A stretch of DNA of 64,000 nt from a virus (lineage: Duplodnaviria > Caudoviricetes), in IMG/VR virus record IMGVR_UViG_3300011008_000002. One strand, 5' to 3'. Position 1 is the stretch's first letter; every line of letters starts with the position of its first letter. Below, piece by piece: positions 37,884 through 47,819 of this stretch. The notes beneath the pieces were generated by a model. That model was not told the DNA's origin, did no database searches, and saw nothing but the letters and a program-made list of their open reading frames with translations. Position numbers and translations under genes: made by a program.

Positions 37884-38626
37884 CTCTTGCCTCCCTTCTT
37901 GACAGTAGAAATCAAAAGGTCATTTGGAGTAATCAAATCAGTACTTAATCCTGCTGTCATATAATATGTATCAACTGTCTCAAGAGCTAATCTATCTTCA
38001 ATTCCTGCTTGTTCTTCAATTTCTTCCAGAGAACAACTACCAGTTCTTGCTATTTGAGCATATGCAAAGTTCTTTCTCTGTAATCCATCAGCACGGAAAC
38101 CGTTCATTTCTCTTAGAGTATTTGTAGCACCAATAACTCTCAGAGCGATATTCTCTTGGTCAGATGAACGACCATTCTTATCGTGACCAACAACCTGTCC
38201 TGTTGTTGCTGAACGTTCGCTAATATGGGTTGAGGTTGTATTCTTCTTAGAGTTGGTTTGCTCCATTCTCTTCTCGATATGATATCCCACGATACATTTT
38301 TCTTTTGTTACCATAGGCTCTTCCTGACTTTTTGTTACATGAGGGAGAATGACGTATTCCTCTAATGGGATATTTAGAACCTTAGCAGCATCTTCAATCT
38401 GCTCAATCGTAAGCTCACGTTCAAATTCTTTAATCTCTAGTGTAAAGTCAATGTTATCGTCATCGAACATACATCTCATAAAGTTCTCAAACTTTGTATC
38501 TGACATAGTAGAAAACAGTTTCTTGTAACGGTTGGTATTAGTTCCAGACGGATCCAGTTTATCCATTACCTTATATACTAAGTCTTCTGCCTTCTTTCGG
38601 TTCTTTATATTTATCTTGTAATTCAT
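37880..38626 (-). CDS. rpoB: Second RNA polymerase beta C-terminal fragment (probably virion RNAP)
   Basis: VGYHIEKRMEQ...ERSATTGQV....KNGRSSDQE...LREMNGFRAD aligns by eye with beta GYMY.LKL.H...ARS..TQQP..G..QRFGEME...LQE.LT.KSD. Confidence 0.75.
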   Translation of the reverse strand: MNYKINIKNRKKAEDLVYKVMDKLDPSGTNTNRYKKLFSTMSDTKFENFMRCMFDDDNIDFTLEIKEFERELTIEQIEDAAKVLNIPLEEYVILPHVTKSQEEPMVTKEKCIVGYHIEKRMEQTNSKKNTTSTHISERSATTGQVVGHDKNGRSSDQENIALRVIGATNTLREMNGFRADGLQRKNFAYAQIARTGSCSLEEIEEQAGIEDRLALETVDTYYMTAGLSTDLITPNDLLISTVKKGGKS

Positions 38627-38642
38627 ATATAAAACCTCCTCA

Positions 38643-38936
38643 TCAAGTCTTTATACCCTTGTGCCGAGGGTGATAAAATAGATACTTATGCTTGATAAGA
38701 GATTTCTCATGACTACCTATTGTAAAACTACGAGATGTTATAGTTTCATTATGTAGCTCGGATAAATAGATAATAGTAGTCCTATCATCAATATCCTCAT
38801 AGTAAATGTCTATTGTATTATCATCACTATAATACCATCTTATCATTTCATCCCAATCTAATAAAAAATTATTTCGACTTAAGTCTAAGTCGAAGTGGGA
38901 TGGTCGATTGACCACCCCGACTTCTTTAATCATCAT
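38643..38936 (-). CDS. Hypothetical protein
   Basis: Operonic; AAGGA RBS. Confidence 0.6.
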   Translation of the reverse strand: MMIKEVGVVNRPSHFDLDLSRNNFLLDWDEMIRWYYSDDNTIDIYYEDIDDRTTIIYLSELHNETITSRSFTIGSHEKSLIKHKYLFYHPRHKGIKT

Positions 38937-38950
38937 AAGAATATCCTTTC

Positions 38951-39571
38951 TTACCTGCGATGCTTCCTCTTTTTCTTCCGCTTAAATACTACATCGTTAA
39001 ATTCAGTATCAGCCGTTAAATTCTTTGCAATCTCCCTGGTTTTAGGGGATAATTGACTAAGTGCTTCATTTGCGGAAATTTCTTTCGGCTCTTCTTCCTC
39101 AGGGGTATTAGCATCATCAGGTACTCCAACTTCGTATTCTATACCATCAGATGTATCAAGTTCAACCGTAAGTAAAGGCTTTGAATTTGCAACAATAATC
39201 AGGTTGTCTGATTCATCGTTACTTGCATAGAAATTAGAACCATCGTTGGAACTCCCCTTCTTCTCATATCTACCATTATAAGTAACTATGGCTTTGAAAC
39301 GATACGAGATGTTCCTTATTTGACCACGCATAGACTTAGATAATCCACCGACACCGTTTGTGTCAAAAATGAAAACAGATGTCATCTGCCAAGGATAGTA
39401 GATATCGCACATGTTATCTGTTTTCAAGGTATTGCTTCCAAACTTGGAAAACTCTGCTTTTAATGATTCATGGTCGCTTTGTGACGTTTGACGAAGAATT
39501 ACGATAAGACCAAATTCATCGGTCTTAATCTTCACCCCTTCGCTTTTTGTTTGACTAATGCTAAGTTGCAT
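38951..39571 (-). CDS. Hypothetical protein with basic C-terminal tail
   Basis: RBS; early promoter at 39613; KRKKKRKHRR tail. Confidence 0.8.
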   Translation of the reverse strand: MQLSISQTKSEGVKIKTDEFGLIVILRQTSQSDHESLKAEFSKFGSNTLKTDNMCDIYYPWQMTSVFIFDTNGVGGLSKSMRGQIRNISYRFKAIVTYNGRYEKKGSSNDGSNFYASNDESDNLIIVANSKPLLTVELDTSDGIEYEVGVPDDANTPEEEEPKEISANEALSQLSPKTREIAKNLTADTEFNDVVFKRKKKRKHRR

Positions 39572-39612
39572 ATGAAACTCCTTTCTCTGTAAGTTTGTAT
39601 GTTGTACGTCTA

Positions 39613-39623
39613 TTTAATATAGT
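39613..39623 (-). promoter_or_regulatory. Early promoter motif ACTATATTAAA
   Basis: Exact consensus. Confidence 0.65.
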
Positions 39624-39635
39624 CTCAAATATAAA

Positions 39636-39675
39636 ATTGACATAGGTGGATTAACGGACCTCCACCTATGTCAAT
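39636..39675 (-). terminator. Intrinsic terminator
   Basis: Perfect 15 bp stem after the 39681 stop. Confidence 0.8.
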
Positions 39676-39680
39676 GGTCT

Positions 39681-40898
39681 TTAGTTTGCTAATTTCTCTA
39701 TTGTAAATACAAAGAAAACAAACATCGCTTTACGATAATTCCCAAGAGAACCAACAGTACTAACTTTAGACCTCATATCCAGCTCTTCCATCCACTTATC
39801 GAGGATTGCTTTAATCTCGATAATATTTTTATTTGTTGTATTGGATTGTCTATAAATCTGGATACAATGAACGTAGAACTTATTGGTTCCAGCATCACGC
39901 AACGATGCATGGGAATCCGGATTATCGTTTAAGTACAAATAGAGCAGACGTTCGATAATCTGTCTTATGTCTTCTCTGTTGTTTTCCGATACCAAAGCAA
40001 GAATACAAGTCTGCAATACATTGACAGATACTGCACTATTCTTTGCTGCAAGCTCTATGAGCTTTCTATCGGGACCATTTACAACAAGGTTGGTTAATAC
40101 CTTATTTGTAATACGATCAACTGCAAAACTATCGCTATCTGCTTCGTAATAGTGCTCATCTGAGAAATCTTCTTTTTCACTTTGAAGATAATTCTGCTCT
40201 TTGTAGTTCTTTTCAAACTCTCCCCTAAGTTTTCTCATAAAGCTATTGATACGAGAAGTAGCATCATTAATAAACTTCACAAAATCAAGGTCGCCACCCT
40301 TAGCAATTCTACTCTTATGAGTATTATAACAGGTGGTTGTAATCTCTGTAATAGCAGCAAGAATAGTTCCTGATTTCTTTAACTTAAACCTATTGGAGAG
40401 ATTAGCTATTGTATAAGCCATAATAGCTTCATTTGGTGGATACTTATAATACTTCGTAAAGTGATATTGATAAATATTGGTTGTAAGGTAAAGAATACTG
40501 TAATTCAGATAATCATTGTTATTTGCCTTAGCAAAGTACCGCATAGACAATACAATACCAATATTATACGGAGTATTGAAATTTGACCACTTTGGGTCAT
40601 TACCCACTATTCTTGAAAGTGATGCGTGTATTTGTTCTTCTGTAAGACCACAACTTGCCAAGAACTGAGTAACCTCAGAAGGAGAACGGTTAGGTCTTGT
40701 TGAAGGACCAATGCTAGAATAACAAGCAATATTATTTGCCATATATTTATCGAGGATATCTTTGTACTGTTTTAAGTTAAATTTATCCTCTAGTGATTTT
40801 TCCACAATCGGATATAACTCTTTACGAAGAACTGCTGAGTCAGCACTAACTGATTCTAGTAAAGCAGTGTCTTCGTCTATAGGAAATGGATAATCCAT
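39681..40898 (-). CDS. Putative virion (head) protein
   Basis: Start moved to MDYPF after AAGGAGG; late promoter at 40921; N-terminal ALLES protease-site-like motif. Confidence 0.7.
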   Translation of the reverse strand: MDYPFPIDEDTALLESVSADSAVLRKELYPIVEKSLEDKFNLKQYKDILDKYMANNIACYSSIGPSTRPNRSPSEVTQFLASCGLTEEQIHASLSRIVGNDPKWSNFNTPYNIGIVLSMRYFAKANNNDYLNYSILYLTTNIYQYHFTKYYKYPPNEAIMAYTIANLSNRFKLKKSGTILAAITEITTTCYNTHKSRIAKGGDLDFVKFINDATSRINSFMRKLRGEFEKNYKEQNYLQSEKEDFSDEHYYEADSDSFAVDRITNKVLTNLVVNGPDRKLIELAAKNSAVSVNVLQTCILALVSENNREDIRQIIERLLYLYLNDNPDSHASLRDAGTNKFYVHCIQIYRQSNTTNKNIIEIKAILDKWMEELDMRSKVSTVGSLGNYRKAMFVFFVFTIEKLAN

Positions 40899-40920
40899 TG
40901 TATATTCCTCCTTTCTAGTA

Positions 40921-40933
40921 TTATACCCTTGTT
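40921..40933 (-). promoter_or_regulatory. Late promoter motif
   Basis: Minus strand AACAagggtaTAA. Confidence 0.65.
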
Positions 40934-41039
40934 CAAAACACAAAAAATGATGGATTTTATAAATTAAATATTCCTATACAAAAAAAGTAATGGGAGGTTC
41001 AACTGATGGCACAGTATTCCCTCCCGAGTTGTCAACTAA

Positions 41040-41219
41040 TTAGCTGATATCGACAGCAGTAGGCGTATATTTGATTTGATCATAATAAGGTACGCCTACT
41101 GCCCATGTTGTCTGCCTAGAATCAGCTTTAACAAACAGCTGTTTCCCAATGGCTTCCAACTTGGGTGATAGGTGATGAACTGGTTTCCCGTATGTACTTA
41201 TACGGGAAGCCAAGTTCAT
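41040..41219 (-). CDS. 59 aa TWAVGVPY-motif peptide, below the ORF-track cutoff, overlapped by a 38 aa ORF MELDMRT... (41128-41244)
   Basis: MNLASRISTYGKPVHHLSPKLEAIGKQLFVKADSRQTTWAVGVPYYDQIKYTPTAVDIS*; 21/34 aa identical to copy 2, with 8 synonymous third-position changes. Confidence 0.6.
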   Translation of the reverse strand: MNLASRISTYGKPVHHLSPKLEAIGKQLFVKADSRQTTWAVGVPYYDQIKYTPTAVDIS

Positions 41220-41307
41220 CTCTAGTCCTCATATCGAGTTCCATATCTAATTACCTCCTTTCATAAAGTATAAATAGAAAGTATTATACTTTCTATTTAT
41301 CTAAGTA

Positions 41308-41318
41308 TTTAATATAGT
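41308..41318 (-). promoter_or_regulatory. Early promoter motif ACTATATTAAA
   Basis: Exact consensus. Confidence 0.65.
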
Positions 41319-41411
41319 TACAAAAAGTCTATGAACCTGAATTTTTGTAATAGTAAAAAATAAATGGGCAAGTGGTATATTTCAACCCTTGTCCATTTAC
41401 TTATGTGAGAA

Positions 41412-43856
41412 TTACTTCTCGTTAATTCTGATACGAATAATAGAGTCACCACGTCTTACCGGTGCAACTTTCGCACATTTTGCGTGTCTCGATAGTACCT
41501 TAATCGCAGATATATCAACTTCTGTCTTGTCACCTGATTGCATCTGGAATACCATAGTGGAATTATATAACTTATCGTTCATTGGTATTATCTTAAAGAC
41601 TTCATCTCCATCGTTTAATCTCGTAAGCTCTAGCATTGTCTGACGTTTCTTTGTTGCCATAAATGCTTCATCGAGTTCAACGATTTTAGCAAAGCCTTTC
41701 TTTGTAACAATACAAACTTCTTTTACACCGCGATTGATACAAGCATTCTGTACTTCATCATCCGCATCTATCTTCATCACCTTTTGACCTTTAGTCTTTC
41801 TACCAGTGGAAGGAGATAAAGACAATCTTAGAATAATACCAAATCCTTTCTTGGTATAGATAAGACGTTCATTGTCACTATCACTAAGTAGACCCATAAA
41901 GCAAACTTCATCACCTTCATTGAGAAGCATAGCTCCGAGTCTTGTTCTCGTGACACTGAACTCTGTTAAAGGAGTCGCCTTAATCAACCCTTTCTTCGTA
42001 AAGCAATATAACCGATACTTATCTGGGTTGTCTTTGATAGAAGGAAGACAAGTCTTTATCGCCGTAATAGCTTCACCTGTTATACCAAGTAATTGGTCAA
42101 GACCCATACCTTTTGCAGATGGGTCAGCCGCAGGTATCTTGTCAATCGGAAGATAACACCATTCCCCAAGATTGGTTCCAATGTGGATATAATCCGCAGA
42201 GGTGATATCTTGGAAATATGCGATTACATCATCGTCCGGTTCCAAGAACCCTGTGCCCAAACCTGTAGGAGATAGTCTCTTTACATATTTCTTAGTGACA
42301 ACTACTCGATAATGAAATACTGGAGTACCTGCATCTTCAGGCTTGATAATGTGACACTGTCTTGGTTTCCCAAACAACTTCTTCCCTTCTTCAAGTTCTT
42401 CCCATATTATTTGCTTTATCCTCTTACTAGAGGAAAGAATATCTTCTTTCTCTTTAATCTTACTATCAATCTCAGAGAACTCTTTTTGATATTCTGCAAT
42501 ACTTCCTTTCTTCTGAGCTTTTACTTTCATATTAGATATCAAATTTGCCTGATATGATGTAAACCCAAACCTTGACGTAAGTTCACTGATGATTTCCTCA
42601 TCTGTCTCAGCTTTCTTTATGATATCGAATACATCATCAATCAGTTTCTGATTTCCAAGCCGCACCAAAGCTTCCAACCGATGCTTTTCTTCTCTGAGTT
42701 TTAATAACTCCTTTGCAATCGTTCTGTGTTTAATGTCAATCCTCCAGTCAATCCACTTCAATATACTATCCTTTAATGGAACTGAACCAGTATCCGACAT
42801 CATTTTGGTACGATCGGCATAATTCAGTAATATCTGAGCAGTAGCCCTTAATCCTATGCTATTATCGTTATAGAGTTCATTAATAACATAGTCGGGGTCA
42901 ACGCCCTTCTTTAAGAGAATCCAGAATTCTGTCGTTTCCAAATTACTCTTATCAGAGATATCTTTAATTCCTAATGGACTGCGTTTTTCTCTTTGTCCAA
43001 TAGCTCGAATAATAGCATCCATCGTGGTCTTTTCAGGAAATCCGTTACAGAGGATATAGTTACCTTCCTCGTGATATACAAGTTTTGCTCTAATCCTAAC
43101 AGTTCCTGAGCCAACTGCACAAATGTCTTTTATAACACCATCATCAATGATGTCATAACCTCTTGGGCTATCCGGGAAGAGATAAACACCTTCCATCTCT
43201 GGATGTTCAAGTAATGCCTGAGTCAGGCTAAATGCCTCAATCAAATTACACGGAACCATTGAGAATGAATTACCCCATGCAATTCCTATTGTAAGGTTCA
43301 ATAGGAAATTTGGATATCTTGCAGGAAGTACAACAGGTTCCACATCGCTTCTCAGGTAGTTCTGTTGCATTTCAATAACAGATGGGTCAAACTCCTCGAA
43401 GAAACATTTCCATGCATACTGGCTAAGCCTTGCATCCAAATAACGAGGAGCAGCTGCATCATCGCCTGCCACCGACCCTTCATTTCCATCCATATCTATA
43501 TATAACGCATTATTCTCCCACGTTTTAGTCACATTCTCAAACGCAGTAGCGATACTTTGATCGCCATGCGGATGATATTTCGTTGTAGAAGGGAGAAATT
43601 CTAGTGCTTTTTGGTACCTTCTATCCGGGTAGAGTTTCTTATCATGATACATGAACCATAAAGTTCTTCTTACTACGTTGATAAGCCCATCATATAATAA
43701 TGGACAACCTCTTGCCACAGAGACATTGGCACCATAACGAACAATTCGCTCTTTTGTGTACTCACCGGCATCTATCAATTCAATGTTCTGGTCATACATC
43801 TCTTGAGTCTCTATAATGTCTGAGGCTCTTTTCTTAGGACTTTTCTTGCTTGCCAA
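41412..43856 (-). CDS. gyrA: Type IIA topoisomerase subunit A (GyrA/ParC)
   Basis: DGL..V.RR, KYHPHGD, AAAPRY (catalytic Tyr), P.VLPA..PN.LLN...GIA.G and a beta-pinwheel CTD. Start moved to the TTG after GGAGGTG. Confidence 0.93.
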   Translation of the reverse strand: MASKKSPKKRASDIIETQEMYDQNIELIDAGEYTKERIVRYGANVSVARGCPLLYDGLINVVRRTLWFMYHDKKLYPDRRYQKALEFLPSTTKYHPHGDQSIATAFENVTKTWENNALYIDMDGNEGSVAGDDAAAPRYLDARLSQYAWKCFFEEFDPSVIEMQQNYLRSDVEPVVLPARYPNFLLNLTIGIAWGNSFSMVPCNLIEAFSLTQALLEHPEMEGVYLFPDSPRGYDIIDDGVIKDICAVGSGTVRIRAKLVYHEEGNYILCNGFPEKTTMDAIIRAIGQREKRSPLGIKDISDKSNLETTEFWILLKKGVDPDYVINELYNDNSIGLRATAQILLNYADRTKMMSDTGSVPLKDSILKWIDWRIDIKHRTIAKELLKLREEKHRLEALVRLGNQKLIDDVFDIIKKAETDEEIISELTSRFGFTSYQANLISNMKVKAQKKGSIAEYQKEFSEIDSKIKEKEDILSSSKRIKQIIWEELEEGKKLFGKPRQCHIIKPEDAGTPVFHYRVVVTKKYVKRLSPTGLGTGFLEPDDDVIAYFQDITSADYIHIGTNLGEWCYLPIDKIPAADPSAKGMGLDQLLGITGEAITAIKTCLPSIKDNPDKYRLYCFTKKGLIKATPLTEFSVTRTRLGAMLLNEGDEVCFMGLLSDSDNERLIYTKKGFGIILRLSLSPSTGRKTKGQKVMKIDADDEVQNACINRGVKEVCIVTKKGFAKIVELDEAFMATKKRQTMLELTRLNDGDEVFKIIPMNDKLYNSTMVFQMQSGDKTEVDISAIKVLSRHAKCAKVAPVRRGDSIIRIRINEK

Positions 43857-44149
43857 TATCTTCACCTCCAATCTTCTTTACTTTTTGGTTTTCTTTATCC
43901 TTTCTTTTCAGATAATACCTATAGTCGTCGATCAGGTAAATCGCCATGGAATATATTGTTATGACACTAATACCGACAGTGATAATACAGCATATAGCTT
44001 TTATGAGATCAGAATTAGTTGGAACACCAAGCTGTATTATCACTATTAGTCGGTAAGTTGCATATATAATATATACACAAAGTATGGCAGTATACCATAT
44101 ATCTTATAAGTTCTTCCTTCAAAGAAGTCTTTAATTCTTCTAAAGTCAA
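43834..44149 (-). pseudogene. Small membrane-protein gene, apparently frameshifted
   Basis: The RBS-backed TTG at 44149 (MTLEELKTSLKEELIRY...) stops after 44 aa. The hydrophobic 43834-44043 frame has no RBS. A TA-rich run lies between them. Confidence 0.4.
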
Positions 44150-44361
44150 CGGTTTGAATCACCTCCATACTTGAAATCATATATCACTATTAGTACACCC
44201 ACTATCATACAAATTATAATACAAGCAGATGTACCAATAAGATGGAGACTTAATTCATATTCGTGGACTTCAAGATTTACTATAAACGCATAAATCATCC
44301 ACGCTTCTAATAAACCTGAGAATACAAAGGCTCCTAAGTGTTCTAAAAAGTAGTCTAGCAT
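44146..44361 (-). CDS. Small two-TM membrane protein
   Basis: AAGGAG RBS; two hydrophobic helices. Confidence 0.7.
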   Translation of the reverse strand: MLDYFLEHLGAFVFSGLLEAWMIYAFIVNLEVHEYELSLHLIGTSACIIICMIVGVLIVIYDFKYGGDSNR

Positions 44362-44373
44362 ACAACGGTCTCC

Positions 44374-46890
44374 TTAGTTATCAATATCATCCAATGAGAA
44401 ATTACTCTGCTGAACGAGTTGCTTCCTAGCAAATCTTCCTTTGGCATTCTTGATAAACAAGGTATCCATCGTAGCATTAAACCTCTCAACATCTGCAACT
44501 GTGTATTTTGCAAGTCTCCTGTAAGAAGGATTCATAGCAAATTTCCACATCTCGTATTTGGACATCTCGCCCCATCCTTTATATCTCCCTACAATATACG
44601 GAGTATACTTCTGGCATAGTTCCATAATCTGTCCAATCGTAAGTCTACCGACATGATTGAATTCAGCATTTTCACCTCTCCTATCGTAGAATTCATACTG
44701 ATAAATCCCGTCGTTGCTTATACGAATGATGTCAGATAGATACTTAATATCTTCCATCAAGGATTTACTAAGTCTTAATCCTACGAAGGTTCCTCTATAA
44801 CAACCAGAAATATCACCATCATTGAAATGGAGTTCAGGGTCAAGTTCTCCAATCTTCTCTTCAAAGTCAGGAGTTGCTGCAATGAATTCGAATATTTCTT
44901 TTGGTGATGACTCATAAGAAGATATTCTATCAAGCACCTCATAATATTCTCGATTTGCCCTTAAAAACCGTTTCATATTGTCTACAGATATGAAGTCTTC
45001 ATCCTCGTTAAACTTGATGGATGCATACCTGGTACAATTACTCTCAAACCTATCATACAACTCTGCCTTTGACCAAAGATAATTCCTCTCGTCAATATCG
45101 GTTTTACTCATCTTATTTGCAGCCGCCTGAGATTCTGCAACTTTGTATAACGGAGTGATAACTCTGTAACAATGTCCATTGAGAATCAATTTAGGTGCTC
45201 CTGCATAAATTGATGATAAAGTCAACCCTGCCATATGGTCTCCATCAACATCAGCATCAAACCCGAATATGATTTTATCATATATGAGGTTATCCTCATT
45301 AAAATGAGAACCATACCCGCATTCAAGTACTTGGTCTAATAAAACCGCATAGACGTTATTAGCCGGAAGCGTTGCCGTTCTACTGTTTCTGAACTGATTA
45401 TAAAAATTATCAGGTTTCCCTGTAAAGTTCAATATTCCTTGATAATCAGGATTGAACCTTGCTTTTCTTGCTTGACCACCGGCAGAATCTCCCTCAACCA
45501 TATATAATTCAAGCTTGATGGGACGATTCTCCTTTGGTGTACCTATCAGATTTGCTGCGACATAATTCCCTATAAGTTTTGAATCCATTAAGGATGGGAG
45601 AGATGTCTTTACAGACTTCCTTTTATTCGCAGCATCTGTCCTTATCTTCGCATTAAGTTTCACGAAGTCAATTATCTTCTTTACTTCCTTCTTACCTTCT
45701 GTAGTTTGGAAATACCCTGTAAGAGCTTCCGTATAAAGCTTCTTCAATGGGTCAATGAACTTTCTATTCCCAAGCTTATGTTTTGTCTGAGACTCAAATC
45801 CAGTACTCATAGTAGTATTTAAGTTTACAACTGCAACTAACCCAGTCAAAACATCTTCAGGGATAATAAGGTCTTCGTTCTTTTTATATGCAGCTATCGC
45901 TTCAGCATATACTACATTTGATATCGCAGTCTTTAATGCATTTACATGAACGCCACCATCAATCTGCTCAATCATATTGGTAAACCCATATACCAACGAC
46001 TCTGTGATTTTCGGAGCATAGTTAAATGCAAACTCAACTGCAATTTCCCTCTCTCTTTCAATCATATCAATATGAACATTACCATTTTCGTCCTCTGTCT
46101 TCACAGGAATATTTGTTTCAGTAATATCCATTCTGTTCTGAAGAACAATAGGGGTTTTCATAAGATATCCGACATCCGTTCCAATTATTTCAGGAATGAA
46201 ACCCCCAATATTCCCTGCCGTATTCTGATAAACCTTATTAAAGATTTCTTTACCATCTGTATCCGTTGCTTTGAACGTTATTTTTATCGAAGGTTCAAGT
46301 GTAAACACTGTCCTTCTTAACCATTCTGCAAAACTATCAAGCGGAACATAAGCATCCTCACCAAGAAATGCTTTGGAAGGTTTGAAACCAACTGTTAATC
46401 CGTGTAATTTCGGATCGGCTGATACAATCCTATCCTCTACTTTCTTACCATTAGAAAATCTGAGAAACCTCGATTGACCCTCTCTCGTTGATGTAATTTC
46501 AAACCTTTCCGATAATGCATTTGTTGCAGTAAGCCCTACTCCATACTCACCACCAGATGCTCCACCTGTAGCTCTGTCCATCTTCGTACCGCTTTGTAGG
46601 ACAGTACAAGAATTTTCCAAATCATTGAAATTGATACCACGACCAGTATCTTTAAAGTAGCATACTCCAGTTTCACCGTCCAAGAATATATCCATATTAC
46701 CGTCGGATACGGTGTTCTTGTTCCGGTGTTCGTCAACCATGTTGTTTACCATCTCATGAGCCAACTGTTCCGAACCTGCTGGACCACGATATGATATATA
46801 AAGTGTAGGAGACTTTTGAAGTTTGTCAATGTCATTCTTCAGAGTAGTAAACACATCGTCTACTATCTTCGATTTGTTGTTTGTTTCCAA
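44374..46890 (-). CDS. gyrB: Type IIA topoisomerase subunit B (GyrB/ParE)
   Basis: GHKL motifs E.VNN..DE, DTGRGI and SGG.YGVG...TNALS; TOPRIM VEGDSAGG and DADVDGDH; RYKG.GEM; TTG start with RBS. Confidence 0.95.
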   Translation of the reverse strand: METNNKSKIVDDVFTTLKNDIDKLQKSPTLYISYRGPAGSEQLAHEMVNNMVDEHRNKNTVSDGNMDIFLDGETGVCYFKDTGRGINFNDLENSCTVLQSGTKMDRATGGASGGEYGVGLTATNALSERFEITSTREGQSRFLRFSNGKKVEDRIVSADPKLHGLTVGFKPSKAFLGEDAYVPLDSFAEWLRRTVFTLEPSIKITFKATDTDGKEIFNKVYQNTAGNIGGFIPEIIGTDVGYLMKTPIVLQNRMDITETNIPVKTEDENGNVHIDMIEREREIAVEFAFNYAPKITESLVYGFTNMIEQIDGGVHVNALKTAISNVVYAEAIAAYKKNEDLIIPEDVLTGLVAVVNLNTTMSTGFESQTKHKLGNRKFIDPLKKLYTEALTGYFQTTEGKKEVKKIIDFVKLNAKIRTDAANKRKSVKTSLPSLMDSKLIGNYVAANLIGTPKENRPIKLELYMVEGDSAGGQARKARFNPDYQGILNFTGKPDNFYNQFRNSRTATLPANNVYAVLLDQVLECGYGSHFNEDNLIYDKIIFGFDADVDGDHMAGLTLSSIYAGAPKLILNGHCYRVITPLYKVAESQAAANKMSKTDIDERNYLWSKAELYDRFESNCTRYASIKFNEDEDFISVDNMKRFLRANREYYEVLDRISSYESSPKEIFEFIAATPDFEEKIGELDPELHFNDGDISGCYRGTFVGLRLSKSLMEDIKYLSDIIRISNDGIYQYEFYDRRGENAEFNHVGRLTIGQIMELCQKYTPYIVGRYKGWGEMSKYEMWKFAMNPSYRRLAKYTVADVERFNATMDTLFIKNAKGRFARKQLVQQSNFSLDDIDN

Positions 46891-46943
46891 CTCTTTATAC
46901 CTCCTTTATCATTATAGGTTATAAAAAATAAAACTTTTTAAGA

Positions 46944-46970
46944 TGGACAGGGATACAAAATCCCTGTCCA
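46944..46970 (-). terminator. Intrinsic terminator hairpin
   Basis: TGGACAGGGAT/ATCCCTGTCCA inverted repeat. Confidence 0.7.
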
Positions 46971-47098
46971 CTTAATGCAATGCAATACGATTTCACATAC
47001 AATGAAGACGATACAATAAATATGTCAAACCGTATCGGGTCTTTTGTGAAAAATGTGCAGAACCTCGCTGGAGACTGATTTAATTAGTACATATGGAT

Positions 47099-47593
47099 TT
47101 AATACCTAGCACCGAACATACCAACATCCAACCCGATCGAGCCCTTACTCTCACGACGCTTTCCGCTGTTGCCCTTTCCATTGGTCAACTTCTTAACCAT
47201 ATCATTGTAGTAAACCACAATCTTTGAAAGTATATCTAATGCATCATATCCCTGGAAAATCGTCTGATAATCTTCATCAGATAAATTCGCTGCGAGCTTG
47301 GTCTGCTCCAACATGGAAGCAAACATATACATCGCAGACTCCAGCTCCTGCTTAGAATACGTCTCAGATTCGAAAATCGCCCTACAATTATCGCAGTATG
47401 CCGTTGTATCAGAATACTGATCTTTATTCCTTATCGGCACATTTTCATCCTTGATAGAACGAACGCGACCTGAACCGCCGTGAGGTTTGTGGTCACAACC
47501 CCTCTGAATTCTCTGCTGATTGTTGTACAGTTCCTGCTGGATCTCATTCTGTTTCCTCTTCAGATCCTGCTGCTGCTGATTCAAGTTTGCCAT
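47099..47593 (-). CDS. Hypothetical protein with putative Zn site (CDH...CxxC)
   Basis: AAGGAGGT RBS; early promoter at 47763. Confidence 0.8.
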   Translation of the reverse strand: MANLNQQQQDLKRKQNEIQQELYNNQQRIQRGCDHKPHGGSGRVRSIKDENVPIRNKDQYSDTTAYCDNCRAIFESETYSKQELESAMYMFASMLEQTKLAANLSDEDYQTIFQGYDALDILSKIVVYYNDMVKKLTNGKGNSGKRRESKGSIGLDVGMFGARY

Positions 47594-47762
47594 AATTTAA
47601 TACCTCCTTTTGAAAGATTAATTTTAGGCGTTTCCGGAAATGCCTAAACCGAGACACGACAGGCTTATGGCTTGGACCAATCGAATCTGATTTACTTCTC
47701 TGTATAGCAGATATTATAAATCTATGATTTTTGGTCTCACCTATCAGTCCTCAGTTCACCCT

Positions 47763-47773
47763 TTTAATATAGT
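47763..47773 (-). promoter_or_regulatory. Early promoter motif ACTATATTAAA
   Basis: Exact consensus. Confidence 0.65.
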
Positions 47774-47819
47774 CATAAAAAAGTCATTGAACTTTTGTGG
47801 GTTCAATAAATTCTAAAAC

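Larger units (their letters stand above)
40967..41341 (-). repeat. Copy 1 of a duplicated promoter-miniORF-terminator cassette (copy 2 at 54717-55027)
   Basis: Shared blocks aatattcctatacaaaaaa, aggttcaactgat, cagtattccctccc, ctaattagc, ggtacgcc, gcccatgt, ctcatatcgagttccatatctaatta, tttaatatagtt and caaaaagtctatgaacctgaa. Confidence 0.9.

Noticed and set aside
21053-46890. Group I introns or inteins in RNAP, RecA or topoisomerase genes, as in AR9
   Set aside because: ORFs are continuous, and I saw no intein splice motifs or homing endonuclease motifs.
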